From a virus (Duplodnaviria > Caudoviricetes), in the IMG/VR virus record IMGVR_UViG_3300025168_000109, positions 1 through 54,880 of that record: a stretch of 54,880 nucleotides of DNA; one strand, written 5' to 3'. This document shows positions 19,013-31,300 of this stretch, piece by piece (positions within the stretch are counted from its first letter, which is position 1; each line of letters begins with the position of its first letter). The notes beneath the pieces are model-generated. The model was not told the DNA's origin and ran no database searches. It saw nothing but the letters and a program-made list of their open reading frames with translations. A program made the position numbers and the translations under genes.

Positions 19013-20386
19013 ATGACTTACTTTAAAAAAGAAAAAAAGAAAAATTTAAGCAAATACTTTCATGGAGGTGCTCATAGTCAGTCCTATGAAATGATAGATG
19101 GTATACCAATGCTTGATCCTACACTTAATAATTCTCCTATAAACAGGTTTAATCAAGCATCTACACAACAAGCATCTACACAACAAAACAATCCTTCATG
19201 GCAAAACAATCCAATGCAAAATGCACCAGTTACACCTACAACAGCTCCACCTGTATCTACTAATACTAGCTCATTTGATGCTAATGTACAAGCACAACAA
19301 AACGAGCTTATGACTCAAGGATATGAATTACCACGGTACGGAGCTGATGGATATATGGGAGATGAAACTCAAGGAGCATTAGACAGAAGAGCTTCAGATA
19401 GAGCAGGGGCCTCAGAGACTTTTGGAGTAGATCCAAATGATATTACGTTTAATCCTAACACGCAAAGATTTGAGCCTAGATTAGGAGCAAGTAATGCAGA
19501 AGGCGATACATGGAGTACAGATGGATGGACTTCTTCTGAAACTCCTGTAGAAGAAACTGTTGCAGTTGATGAAACTACTACTGTTCCAACTACTACTACT
19601 ACTCCTACTGAAACTAAAAAAGAAGAGCTATCTTTATTTCAAAGATTAGGTATAACAGCTCCTAAAGCAATGGCTTTAGTAGAAGGTATGTCTATACTTA
19701 AAGCTAACAGACAAGCTAACAATGCAAACGCTAAAATAGGAGAGTTAAGTGTTAGTACTGATAGAGCAACACCGCAAACATATAATCCAGAGCTTGTAGA
19801 CTTAAGTAAAGCACAAAAAGATGCTAAAGAATTAGGAGTAGCAGCTGTACGTCAAAGTCAACAATCAGGAAAATCTACAGCAGAAACAAGAATGTTAATG
19901 ACTGGAACTACAGACGCTATAGAAAAAATAGCTAAAACTGAATCTGAATTGCAGAAGCAAGAAAATAATATGGCTAAGAAAGTGAATCTTGAAGAGCGTA
20001 GAAATGTTGAACAATTTAATATTACTAACGCAAGAAAAGATCAAATAGCAAATAATGATATTAAAGCTGATATGTATAACAATAGTATAGCTATAACTCA
20101 GAATATGAGAGATACTATACTTACTAAAATTAAAGATACTAAAATGCTTGGAGCTGTAAATTCTCAAATAGACGCTTTATCTGCTGCTATATCAGGAGTT
20201 ACAGGTCTTAAAAAAAGAAAGTTTAACGACATTGCAAAGAATTTATTAAATTATGGTTTTGATGAAGCTACTATTAACAGTTTAATAGAAAGTCACGATG
20301 GTTTAAATGAAGAGACAGAAGTAAACGAACAGGCAGCTGGAGGATTTTGGGCAAGACGTAAAATGATGAGACAAAATAGAAAATAA
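19013..20386 (+). CDS. Putative ejected cargo protein with a peptidoglycan-binding-like motif
   Basis: QQNELMTQGYELPRYGADGYMGDETQGAL fits the PG_binding_1 pattern (Q..L...GY......DG..G..T..AL). Q/T/P-rich linkers and a coiled-coil C-terminal half. Confidence 0.6.
   Translation: MTYFKKEKKKNLSKYFHGGAHSQSYEMIDGIPMLDPTLNNSPINRFNQASTQQASTQQNNPSWQNNPMQNAPVTPTTAPPVSTNTSSFDANVQAQQNELMTQGYELPRYGADGYMGDETQGALDRRASDRAGASETFGVDPNDITFNPNTQRFEPRLGASNAEGDTWSTDGWTSSETPVEETVAVDETTTVPTTTTTPTETKKEELSLFQRLGITAPKAMALVEGMSILKANRQANNANAKIGELSVSTDRATPQTYNPELVDLSKAQKDAKELGVAAVRQSQQSGKSTAETRMLMTGTTDAIEKIAKTESELQKQENNMAKKVNLEERRNVEQFNITNARKDQIANNDIKADMYNNSIAITQNMRDTILTKIKDTKMLGAVNSQIDALSAAISGVTGLKKRKFNDIAKNLLNYGFDEATINSLIESHDGLNEETEVNEQAAGGFWARRKMMRQNRK
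19154..19183 (+). repeat. Perfect 15-nt tandem duplication (CAAGCATCTACACAA x2)
   Basis: Read directly from the sequence; encodes QASTQ-QASTQ. Confidence 0.9.
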
Positions 20387-20390
20387 TACT

Positions 20391-22322
20391 ATGGGAAAAT
20401 ATGATATATCACGTAGCTTAACACCTGTACAGTCTACATTTGTAGACCCAGGACTAGATACATTTAAAGAAGCTGCTATGATCTACAGAAAGACGTATGA
20501 TCAAAATAAAGACGCTTACAACCTATCTAAGAGAGTTACAGCACAAATGGAGCTTATGCCTGGAGATGAGAAAGCAGGGCTTAGAGATCAATTTACTAAC
20601 ACTATTGATACTACATTTTCTAGTATAGTAAACACAGGTAATTTTGAAGACGCAGAAATGGCTGTACAAAATGCTGTAGACTTTATTACTACTGATAAAA
20701 CTGTACTACAAGCTAGAAAAAATTCAGCAGAATATTTAAAAGAAGAAGCTTTAATAGAGCAGTTTGGGCCAAGTGGTGTATTAGACTTTAATAAAAATTT
20801 AAGAGAAAACTTTACAACAGTTACAACAGACGAGCAAGGAGCTCCTATAGTTAATAACTATAAAGAGCAAATGGAAAAGAAAGAAGATTACTTTACATTA
20901 ATGAAAAATATGGTATCAGGAATAGCTCCTGATGGAAGACCTTGGTCTGAAACTATAGGTAATCTAACTGAATACGGAAACATGAAAGGAGTTAGTCAAG
21001 GTAAAGTACAGAGAATAGTTGACAAACTATATGAAGCATATAAAGGAGATAAGGCAGGAGACCAAGACTTTAGAAGATTAACACAGATAGAAGGAATGTC
21101 TGAAGGTCAAGCTAAAGAAGATATTGTACGTAGATTAGTAGGAGCTGCGTCTCCACAAGTTGGTAATGTTAGAACAATTAGTGGTATGAGAGAAAACTCT
21201 AATATGAACACTGACGGAACTCCTATAACTAATAGTGTTGTAAGCCCATTAAATGCATATTTACAAAGTACTGAAAAACAAGCTGTAAGTTTTGACGAAT
21301 TATTAGCAATGTCTGGAGGAGTAGAAGGTAGAATACCTGGTAGTTTTGCATACAATCAAGATGGTATAATGATTAACTATGCTACTCAATTAAGTGATCC
21401 AGAAAAAGCTAAAGTTGCAGACTATTTAATTAGGACAGGTGTAGTTTCAAATCCTGAAAGAGCTACAGAAATGATAGGACCTTTAGCTCAATTTAGAGCT
21501 TTCGAAGAAGCAGGAGACACAGACAGGGCTTTTGAAGTAGGGATTGAATTAGGGTTTATGAACAGACAAGATGGATATGATGTACAAAAAGCTAATAAAA
21601 TAAATGAGTTAGCGAATCAAGTAAGTATTCTTACAAACACTGACGCACTTAATAATATGGGAAGTTTATTAAATGTTACTGGAGTTAGAGGAGATTTTGT
21701 ACCAAACACTGGAACAAATATGCAAACAGTTGGGTCTTCTTTCTTAGTTGATGGTACTCTTAGATTTAATGAAGATCAAATGAATCAAATAGGAGAGCAA
21801 ATGGGATGGGGTAAAATAGGTAGATTTAATGATATGTTTAATACAGATATAGATAATAAAGTAGGAGTAGATGGAAACCCTATGTTTAGAAGAGAGGAAG
21901 ATGAAAACGGAGTTCCATACTGGTATATGAACTCTGTATATAAAACAGACTTTAGCACATCTAAAGAAGCTGCTGTATATGATATAAGAAATACTGAAAC
22001 TCAATACGGAGATAACGATGTACAACTGGTTAATGCTTCTAAAGATGTACAACTAATGAAGAAAATTAAAGTAGGTAGGTTTAGTACTTTCTCAAACGAC
22101 ATAGGTAGGATTGGCGGGTTATCAAATACTTCTGTAGTTAAAGATGTGTACAATGCTTATGCTGAAGGTCTTATAAGATATGTTACAAAGTCAGGCGGAA
22201 CCTCTAACGATTATTCTGCAGTACTTATGAAGATAGAAAGCGCTATTATAAAATTAACTAATAGTAATAAAAACCCTAGTAAACAAGAAGTAGAACAAGC
22301 AATAACAGAGGAATTAAAATAA
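20391..22322 (+). CDS. Putative ejected cargo protein preceding the virion RNAP
   Basis: 643 aa and largely helical, starting QSTFVDPGL. Its position corresponds to crAss-like RNAP-associated ejection proteins. Confidence 0.55.
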   Translation: MGKYDISRSLTPVQSTFVDPGLDTFKEAAMIYRKTYDQNKDAYNLSKRVTAQMELMPGDEKAGLRDQFTNTIDTTFSSIVNTGNFEDAEMAVQNAVDFITTDKTVLQARKNSAEYLKEEALIEQFGPSGVLDFNKNLRENFTTVTTDEQGAPIVNNYKEQMEKKEDYFTLMKNMVSGIAPDGRPWSETIGNLTEYGNMKGVSQGKVQRIVDKLYEAYKGDKAGDQDFRRLTQIEGMSEGQAKEDIVRRLVGAASPQVGNVRTISGMRENSNMNTDGTPITNSVVSPLNAYLQSTEKQAVSFDELLAMSGGVEGRIPGSFAYNQDGIMINYATQLSDPEKAKVADYLIRTGVVSNPERATEMIGPLAQFRAFEEAGDTDRAFEVGIELGFMNRQDGYDVQKANKINELANQVSILTNTDALNNMGSLLNVTGVRGDFVPNTGTNMQTVGSSFLVDGTLRFNEDQMNQIGEQMGWGKIGRFNDMFNTDIDNKVGVDGNPMFRREEDENGVPYWYMNSVYKTDFSTSKEAAVYDIRNTETQYGDNDVQLVNASKDVQLMKKIKVGRFSTFSNDIGRIGGLSNTSVVKDVYNAYAEGLIRYVTKSGGTSNDYSAVLMKIESAIIKLTNSNKNPSKQEVEQAITEELK

Positions 22323-22328
22323 ATTTAT

Positions 22329-22339
22329 TATTTTTGCAC
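22329..22339 (+). promoter_or_regulatory. Putative Bacteroidota -7 promoter element immediately before the vRNAP gene
   Basis: Intergenic TATTTTTGCAC (TAnnTTTG at 22329-22336); the ATG is at 22342. Confidence 0.5.
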
Positions 22340-22341
22340 AC

Positions 22342-25300
22342 ATGGCTTTAGACGAAAACAATTTACCTGAAGGCAACGGATTAAAAAGTTCAGCTATAAG
22401 CACTGTCGACACACAAGGCTCAGGACTATCTGTTTCTAACACACTCCAAACACTAACATCTCCAAGACAAGGATCTAGTATAAATCAAGCTGCAGCGAGC
22501 GCAAGCTTTACAAACGATTTAGCTACAGATCCTAGTATATTTTCAGATGGTCTAAGATCTCAAGGATTTCTTGATCCTAATCAAAATCCTGAAATGTATA
22601 AGACTATATATCAGTCTGATGCAGCCAATGCTTGGAATACTTTATTTAATGAAATGCGCACAATGCGTAAGTCAGAAGTTGAAGATGATTTAAGAGGGGT
22701 TCGTATACAACTAGCTGAGTATGAAAACGCTAAAGACAGAGCTGATTCGTTTTATGCTGAAGGACTTGTTAGTAAAGTAGAACATTCTAATATACTAAAA
22801 CAAATAGAAGAAGGACATTTAAGAGGAGGTAAAGATAAATTAGATTTAGTAGATCAACTTATTGATGGTGTAATGGGAGGCTTGTCTCAAGCTTTAACTG
22901 CAGAAGATTATGCTAATGCAGTAGACAGAGCTCAAAAATCTGGACTATTAAAAAGAACAGAAAATATTGAAAAGTCGTATTCTAAAAACACTGATACATA
23001 TCAAAGTTTATTAGAAGAAAAAGAACAGCTTAAAAAAGACATCGAGGAAAGAGAAGAAGAAACAAGGACTGGAGGTTTTGCTAGTTTGTTTTCTGGTGCA
23101 ATAGGAAGAGGAGATGCTTTTGGTGCTCAAGGAATACCACTACCTATTTATGGTGGAGGAGATGTAGAAGAAGATTATGCTATAAGAAGTAAAATAGAAA
23201 AAGCAGGAGGAGCTACTGCGTTAAGCTCGCTGCCAATTTTTAGTAAAGCTTTTGGGCTATCTGATAGTTGGACAGGAGATGAATACTTTCAATATAAAGC
23301 AGCTGAAGACGCTGCAGGTTCTATATCTACATTTGAAGGGCAGGTAGCATCTATCGTAGGTCCTGCTATAATACAGACTTTAGAAAAGCAAGCACAAAAT
23401 AAATATTTTAAAGGAGTTAAAAATCCTTATCTTAGAACAGCATCCGCGTTAACTCAGTTTGCAACAATAGTAGCAGGTAACTTTTGGAGTAGAAATCTTG
23501 AGACTAAAATGGAATCAGGCGATGCTTACTGGCAAAAAGTAGATAAACTAGAAAACGCTTTACAAGAAGACCTTAGAGCTCAAGGAATAAACAGAGAACT
23601 TACAAAATCAGAAAAAAACAATATAGCTATAATGGCTAATGATGGTGTAGGAGATCTTAAGAGAAAGAATATGTGGCTTGGTGGATCAGATGTAATGCAG
23701 TTTGCTTTAACATTTATGAAACTTCCAGGACTATCTAAAGCATTTACAGGAACTACATTTAGAAATATTGCTGGAAGAGAATTATCATCTAGAATGACTG
23801 GTAGATTAGGAATAAATGCTCTTAAGTTTAGTGCAGCTGTTGGAGTATCTAGAGAGTTAGAAGGAATGGAAGAAGGCCTTCAACATAAATGGGTACAAGA
23901 TTATTTAGGTGTTTATGGCGGAGAAACTTCAGGATCTTTTCTAAACAATCAATGGAATTCTATGAAGCGTGCTGGAGGCGACGCTATAGATTATGGTTTA
24001 AATATGTCAGGATTAAAAAATTCAGACCCTGAAATGTATGAAAGCTTAGCATTTAAAACAGCTGTACAGTCTGGTAGGGATATGGCAACTATGATGACTG
24101 GTGGTGGTAGAACTGTGTCTAATTGGGGAGGAGCTAAATCTTTAGTTGAACTAAAACAAGCTATGTCTTTATTAGGTGAGGGTGGAGATAATGTAAATAG
24201 AAAAAGACTTTTTGAAGATAAGAAAAGTTTAATGTATAAGTTTTTCTCACAAGGTAATACATCAAACTTATACGATGCTATATATCGTATGAGTAGAAAG
24301 GTTGGCAGTATGAAAACACCTTTAATGACAAGACAAGAAGCAATAGATGCAATAAACGAAGTACAACAAGCTGAAAAAATATACAATGATGTATTTGATA
24401 ATAAATCTCCTTTAGCTATAAGTGGTTTTGGAATAAACTATGATATAGGAAGACTAGGAGGTAGAGAAGCTTATACAGAAGCAGACAAAAAGAAAGTGTT
24501 TTTAAATGCTTTAGATGTTATAGAAAATGGTAAAAGAAATAAAGAGTTATTAGAAAAGCAACAATCATATAGAGAAGGTAAAGACGAGTCCTTAGACTTA
24601 TATGTTACAGCACTTACAAAAGAAGAGCGCGCTGAGTATGAAGATAAAAATACAACAAAGAAAAGGAAGAAAGAGCTTGAAGATAAATTAACAGCTGAAG
24701 GTGTATCGTTAGAAGAAAAAGAAAAAATTAAAGCTAAAATGGAAGATAGAGGGTTTTCATCTACTCCATACGATCAAGAACTTTTAGAGAATGCAGAAGC
24801 AACTGAAAAAAGGAAAAAAGAAAATGAAGAAATAGCGTCTGAGAAAAAAACTTGGATAGGAAATCCTGATACTAATGATGGGGCGCTTTGGAATATAAGT
24901 GATGTAGAAAAAGTTAAAGCATTAATGGAAGAGCGTGAATCATTAATGAAGAAGAAAGATCTTACTAACGCTGATCTAATGGCTATAGAAGATTTAGAAA
25001 GGCAAGAAAATCAGATATGGTATGAACAAGACTTTGAGTATAAAGCTTTAGAAAGAGGTAGATTGTTAGGATCAACTAAAAAGGCTGCTTTAATACATGG
25101 TATAGGAAGTATTATACAACATATAGAAAAGTATGGATCAAAAGGTCTTAATAAAATACTGCCATCTATATTAGAAAACAATACTAAATTAGATGCAACT
25201 ACAATAAAAGATTTACAAGTACTAGCTAATGAAATTGTAACTAACAGGCAGAAAGTAGCAGACTCTATAAAAGATCTTAAAAAGAAAAGACAAGAGCTTT

Positions 25301-28300
25301 TGTTTGATGCAGAAACTGAAACACAACACACATCATTAACACAACAAGAAAAAGAAGAATTGCTTGAGCTTAGAGAACTAGAAGATGCGGGAACATTAGA
25401 TGAAGCTCAAACAAAAAGACTTGCAAAGTTAGTATCTAGAAGTATAACAGACAAAGCTTTAGATGGTATTACAGAAGAAGTAACAGCGCTAGAAGCAGAA
25501 GAAGCATCTTTATCTGAGACTGCTGATATGTCTGAACAATATATTAGTCGTATAGAATCAAATCCTTCAGATTTCTTAATAAATGATAGCGACTTTGAAG
25601 CAAAAAGCGATGACACAATACTAGAAGAAGCTGCGTTAGAAGCTACTGAAGGTATGGATTATATAAAAGATCAATTAAAAAACATACCAGACTTTGCTGA
25701 TGTAGAAAATGGTCAAAGAATATATAATCAAATAAAAGAAAGAGAAGATATATTTAGAAGAAGAACTGTAGAAGCTGAAGACTCGAGAAAAGACTACTTT
25801 GAAAATATTGCAAACACTTTAAAACTAGCGCTAGAAGACATGTCGTCTTTACTAGAGACTATAAAAGCTAATGCTGCAAATAGAACTGAAGAACAAACTG
25901 AATCAGAAAGAAGAATGTTTCAAGATGCTTTAAGTTCTTTAGGATTAAATTTAGAATTTGAAGTAGACGAAGGAGCTGTTTTTGAAAATGTAGGAAAAGT
26001 AGTTTTAGAAACTGTAGGGCAACCTGCATTAAATGTATTAAAAAATTCTTTATTAACTAATACAGATAAAGTAGGAGTAACATTAGTGCTACAAGGTTTG
26101 TTAAAATCTATATTAGCTGATCAATCTAAAGTAAAAACAAAATTAAAATCAGACTTAAAGAAAATATCTAAAGCGCAAATTAAAGCTTTTACAGATATTA
26201 TAAAAGAAAATTTTGAAAGTAAAGTAGCAACAGACTTTTATTTAGAAAACCCTAAGATAGGTCTTAAAAATGTATTACATCAAATATCTACGTTAAATGA
26301 AGATAAAGATTTAAATAATAGAGACTCTGCATTATGGAAATATGTAGATCATTTAAGCCCACATAAATTATTAGAAGATATAATAAAAGAAGATAGAACA
26401 GGATTAGAAGCTTCTTCTGAAGTTCTTGAACATCTTCTTATGCACCACATATTTCATCTACAAGCTGAAAATCAATTAGATCTATTAAACTCTGATATAA
26501 ATGTAACAGATCAATTAGAGAATGAAAAGTTTGTATTGCAAAACAAAACAATAGAGTTTATCCCAACTAAACAACAATTACAATCTATAAGAGAATTATC
26601 TGTATTTTTAAAATCTGAAATAGCAAATAAAGATACTTTAACTTTAGGTGGGGTATCCTCTTTTTTACAAGGAGCTGCTGGTACAGGTAAAAGTAAAATA
26701 GTATTACCTTGGGCTATACAAACAGCTGGAATACCTAATAGAGCTATTTATGCTTTTGGACATAATCCTAACTCTTCCGCAACTATTAACTCTTCTTTAA
26801 ACTTAATAAAAAATAAAAAAGACGCAAATACTTTAGACAGCTTTTTACAATTAGATGACGCGGTAGCAGAAGACTTAGAAGTTATTATTATAGATGAAGC
26901 TCCTGCATTAAATGATTTACAATATCAAAATGTAGAAAAACAAATAGCACATATAAACGCTCTTAAACACGCAAGTAAAAAACCAGCTATCAAAGTAGTA
27001 ATGCTAGGAGATCAAGCACAATTAACTAATGAAGTAATATCTCCTCTAGACGCGTTTGGAGCTTTTAAAACTATGCATACAGTAATTACTCCTATTACAA
27101 GTATATATAGAAGTGACAATCCAGCTATAGCTAACTTCCAAGATACTTTTAGAAGAAGAAAAGAAGATTTATCTAAAACACAACTAACAGTAAAGTTAAA
27201 CTCATCACATCCTTGGAGACCTGGAGCAATAGGAGTTTATGGAGTAGCAGGAGATTTTAAAGAAAGACTAATACTTAAACTTCAAAACGCATCGCCAAAT
27301 GGAGAACGTCGAGTAATTATAACTAACCCAAATAAAAAAGAAGAATACCAAAGCTTAATTAAAGTAAACAAACTTCAAGATGTAGAAGTAATGTCTTTTA
27401 TAGAAGCACAAGGAGAGACTATAGATGAAGTTTATATGGACATTGTTAGAGATAATATGAATCTCGAAGACTTTAACAAAGCGCTTTACACGGCAACTTC
27501 TAGAGCACAAAATTTAATTGTAGCTACTAATTTAAATATAAAGAATACAATAGATCCACAACTAGATGCTGTACAACAAGGTTTAGGTCTAGAGTTAATG
27601 CAAAGAAGAGAAGAGTTTAAAACTGAAGTTTTAGAAAACTCTAAACTTTTAAGAGAGTTTGATGAACTATCTGACAGAGAAACTATTCACGAGTCAGTAG
27701 AAGAAGCTCTTGAAGAAGAGCCAACAGTAGTAGACGAGTTTATTGATGAAGCAATGTCTGAAGAAGATGAAGCGCGTAACGAAGAGCAAGCAGAAGAGCA
27801 AGATAAAGTACACCCAGAAACTACTAGAGGAGAAGAGTTAGATCAAGACTTAATGCCTGAGCAAGCATATGATGTAGAAGAAGATTTAGGGGGTTACACA
27901 GAAAACAGCTCAGAAGAATTTGATAATAATATAGATGTTTCTGATAAACATGTTTTGTTTTATCCTGAATATGATGCTTTAAGTTCTACTACTATAAGAA
28001 AAGCCACAGTACTTCCTGTTATGTCTGATAGGCCTATATCATTTGTAAAAGGTAGAGCTGTAAGTAGAGACGGTAAAATTATATCAGGAATAGTAGTATT
28101 GCAAGAAGCTAGAGAACAATTGGGAACTAGCACAAGATTCTTTGAGTATGATAATAAAAAAGTATTTAGAAGAATAGCTGTAATAGGAGACAGCAATGAG
28201 ATAGACCAAATGAACTTTTTAACTAAAGCTCAAAAGAAAAGTTTAAAAGACACTTTAAGTACAGGAGTATCAATACCTTTAGGAGAGCTTGGTATACCAG

Positions 28301-31300
28301 GAGATAAGAGTTTAGTATCTGATACAAACAATGCTGTATCTAGAAACAATATAATAACCGGTGTAGCCATTCCAAAGGGTGGAGCTAGAAGGCTTACATA
28401 TAAATATGGGTCCCGTAGAGAAGCTTCTTTTACTTTTAATCAACCTGCTGCTTCTAATTTCTTAAAGCAAAATAAAAAACTTGTAGATAATATATTACAA
28501 AAATTTATTGATTCTTTTTATACTGAGTCCCAGCCAATAACTGATGAACAATTAAAAAATATTAAACAGTCTAGAGTTAAGATATTTAAGAAGAAAGATA
28601 TAAAAGATTTAAATGTGCCTGAAGGATTTAACATTAAATCTGGTAGACCTTATTTAGTTATAAAAGGAGTAGGGAATGAAAACAAAACACAATACATAGC
28701 TTTAACTGCTAGAAGAATATCTAGAAATATAAAAGATGATGTTAAAAATTATTTCCAATATATAGATGCTTTTGGACAAGCTACAGCTAAGATAGAGCAA
28801 TTGTCTCAAGGAGCTCTTAAATTAGGTACAAAAGGCTTTGTAGATTTTATTAGAGGGGCAGATAAAATGGCACAAGACATAGCTACTGGAATAGGTAACG
28901 TTGCTGCTATGGAAGAACTTATAGAGCTAAGAAATGTTGTAAGAGATTTAAGATGGAGCGAAGTAGACACAAACTCAAACGGAAGTATAAGTAAAAAGAC
29001 TCAAGGCGTGGGTCCTGCACAGGCTGCTATGAACAAACTTGCTCAAAGTAATTCTATATTTAGAGTAGAAAGAAGAATAAAAAGAAATGGTAAAAAAGTT
29101 AGAATAGTTACTTCTAAAAGTTTATTATCTTTTTCATCACAAGGTCAAAGTAAAGGTCCTATTACAACTCAGCTTTTAGAAACAGTGTTTAACTCTCAAG
29201 ATGATAAAGGTTATAACCACGTACTACACTTACCTTTAGACATAGACATGTTTAATGATCTAGACTCTTCTGGGACCTCTACAACTGTTAGAACAGCTAA
29301 ACAAAATCACAATGCGGCTTCTAAAGTATTAACAAGCCAGCTTGAAAGTATAGAAGGAACTAAAATTATATTAGGAAATAGTAATGCAGTAGATGAAAAA
29401 AGATCTAAACCTAAAGTAACTACTACTAAAAAGAAAAAGAAAAAGCTAAGAGGTAATATAGGAGATATAAATAACTTAGAAGGTAAAGAGTACAGAGAAA
29501 AATCTGAAGATTTAAAAGGAAGCCTTATAAGTAAAGATGACGCTAACAATCTTATAAAAAGATTATTACCAGATTTAATTGCTACAGACTCTAAAGGTAA
29601 TGAGTACTTAAAACCAGGTAATATAGTATACTTAGACGCTCTTAGAATGCTAGAGCTTACAGAAAGTAAAAATGTTTTAGGTAAATTTATAGACCAAAGA
29701 ATATATCTATTAGAACAAAAAGATGGTATATATGACAATGTAGTACGTCATGAAGTGTTTCATAAAATACTTTCATATTATTTAACAGACTCTGAGCGTA
29801 GAACGTTATTTCAAACTGCAAGAACACAATACAAAATTCCTAAAAGCCACACTAATGCTCAAGTAGAAGAAAGATTAGCTAGAGAGTTTATGAAGTTTAG
29901 AGTTGATGAAAACTCAGTAGTAGCTAGAATAAGAAAGATATTTAAAAAAATATTAAAGTTTTTAGGATTTATAGATAAGAATGCAGACAACATACAAAAA
30001 CTATTTACTAATATAGATAATGGTTATTTTTCAGGAAGTAACATGGTTGGAGATCCTGTAAGCACTAACATGAATTTTGAAAGCTTAACAGAGCAATGGG
30101 AAAGTGTTGAAATATATAGAGAAGCTAGATCTAGATTTATTAAAGGTATGGACTCTTTAATGTCTGAGTATGATGATGGTCAACAAGATATAATTTCTGA
30201 AGTTGACTATGAAAACTCAGAAGTTACAGGCGTTCCTATGGGTAGAGATGAAGCTTTAAACTATTTAGTTGAAAATAACTTTCCTGATTTTGTACAACAA
30301 TTAGAAAGCAAAGGTTTAGGTAATTTAAATGAAGCTCAAAGCAGAATCTACAAAGCATCTAAGTTGTTATCAGATCCTAGAAAAGCTAGAGCAATGTTTA
30401 AAGATGTGTATCAAAGAGACACATTAGATGAAGGATATGAATTAGAAGAAAGTTTACATTTAGACAATGTAAATTTAAGTGATGTTATTAATGACGCTAA
30501 TCTTAAAGATCATTCTAGAAACTTGTCACAATCTGTTATAGAAGTATTAACAGGTATATCATACACTGCATCAAATGGTAAATCTAAAAGATTAAATATA
30601 AAGCATGCTTACTTCCAAGCATTACAATTACTGACTAATACATATGATCCTTCTATAACTAAAATGAGGGCTAACATAAAAAAGAAATCTAAAAATTTAG
30701 GTAACAAGCTAGGCACTGCAGGTAAAGCAGTAGAAGATGCAATTATTAAATTAATAGATGAATCATTTAACACTTTAAATGAAAACAATTTACACCAAAT
30801 AGAAATTGGTAAGGATAGAATAAAAAGAGAAATATTAAACGAACAGTTAAAAAATATTACAGGACGAACTAAAACTGCTACTGCTAAAAGAGATAAAATT
30901 AGACAAAAGATAGACAATTTAGATATATCTGATTTTGAAATACCTGGTAATTATCATTTTGTAAATCAAAATAAATTTATATTTTCTAAAGACTCTAACG
31001 TTATTGCTGCAGATTTGTTACAAGATCTAGCAGGTCAAGAACAATTTTCTACAGTAGCTAGAAAGAAAAATGAATCTTCTGAAGAATTTTATTTCCGTAT
31101 ATACAATGCATTAGATGCAGAAGGTATGGCAATTCCTACAGAAGCTTTAATTGCTTTATATACTAAAGGTAAAGCTACAAGAGACCTTAAAAACTTAATA
31201 GTTAACACAGCAAGTTTAAGAGAAGAAACATTTATGTTGGGTGACTATACCTATGAATGGGATGACAGTACTAAAAGCTCTGTTAAAAAGATAAGATACT

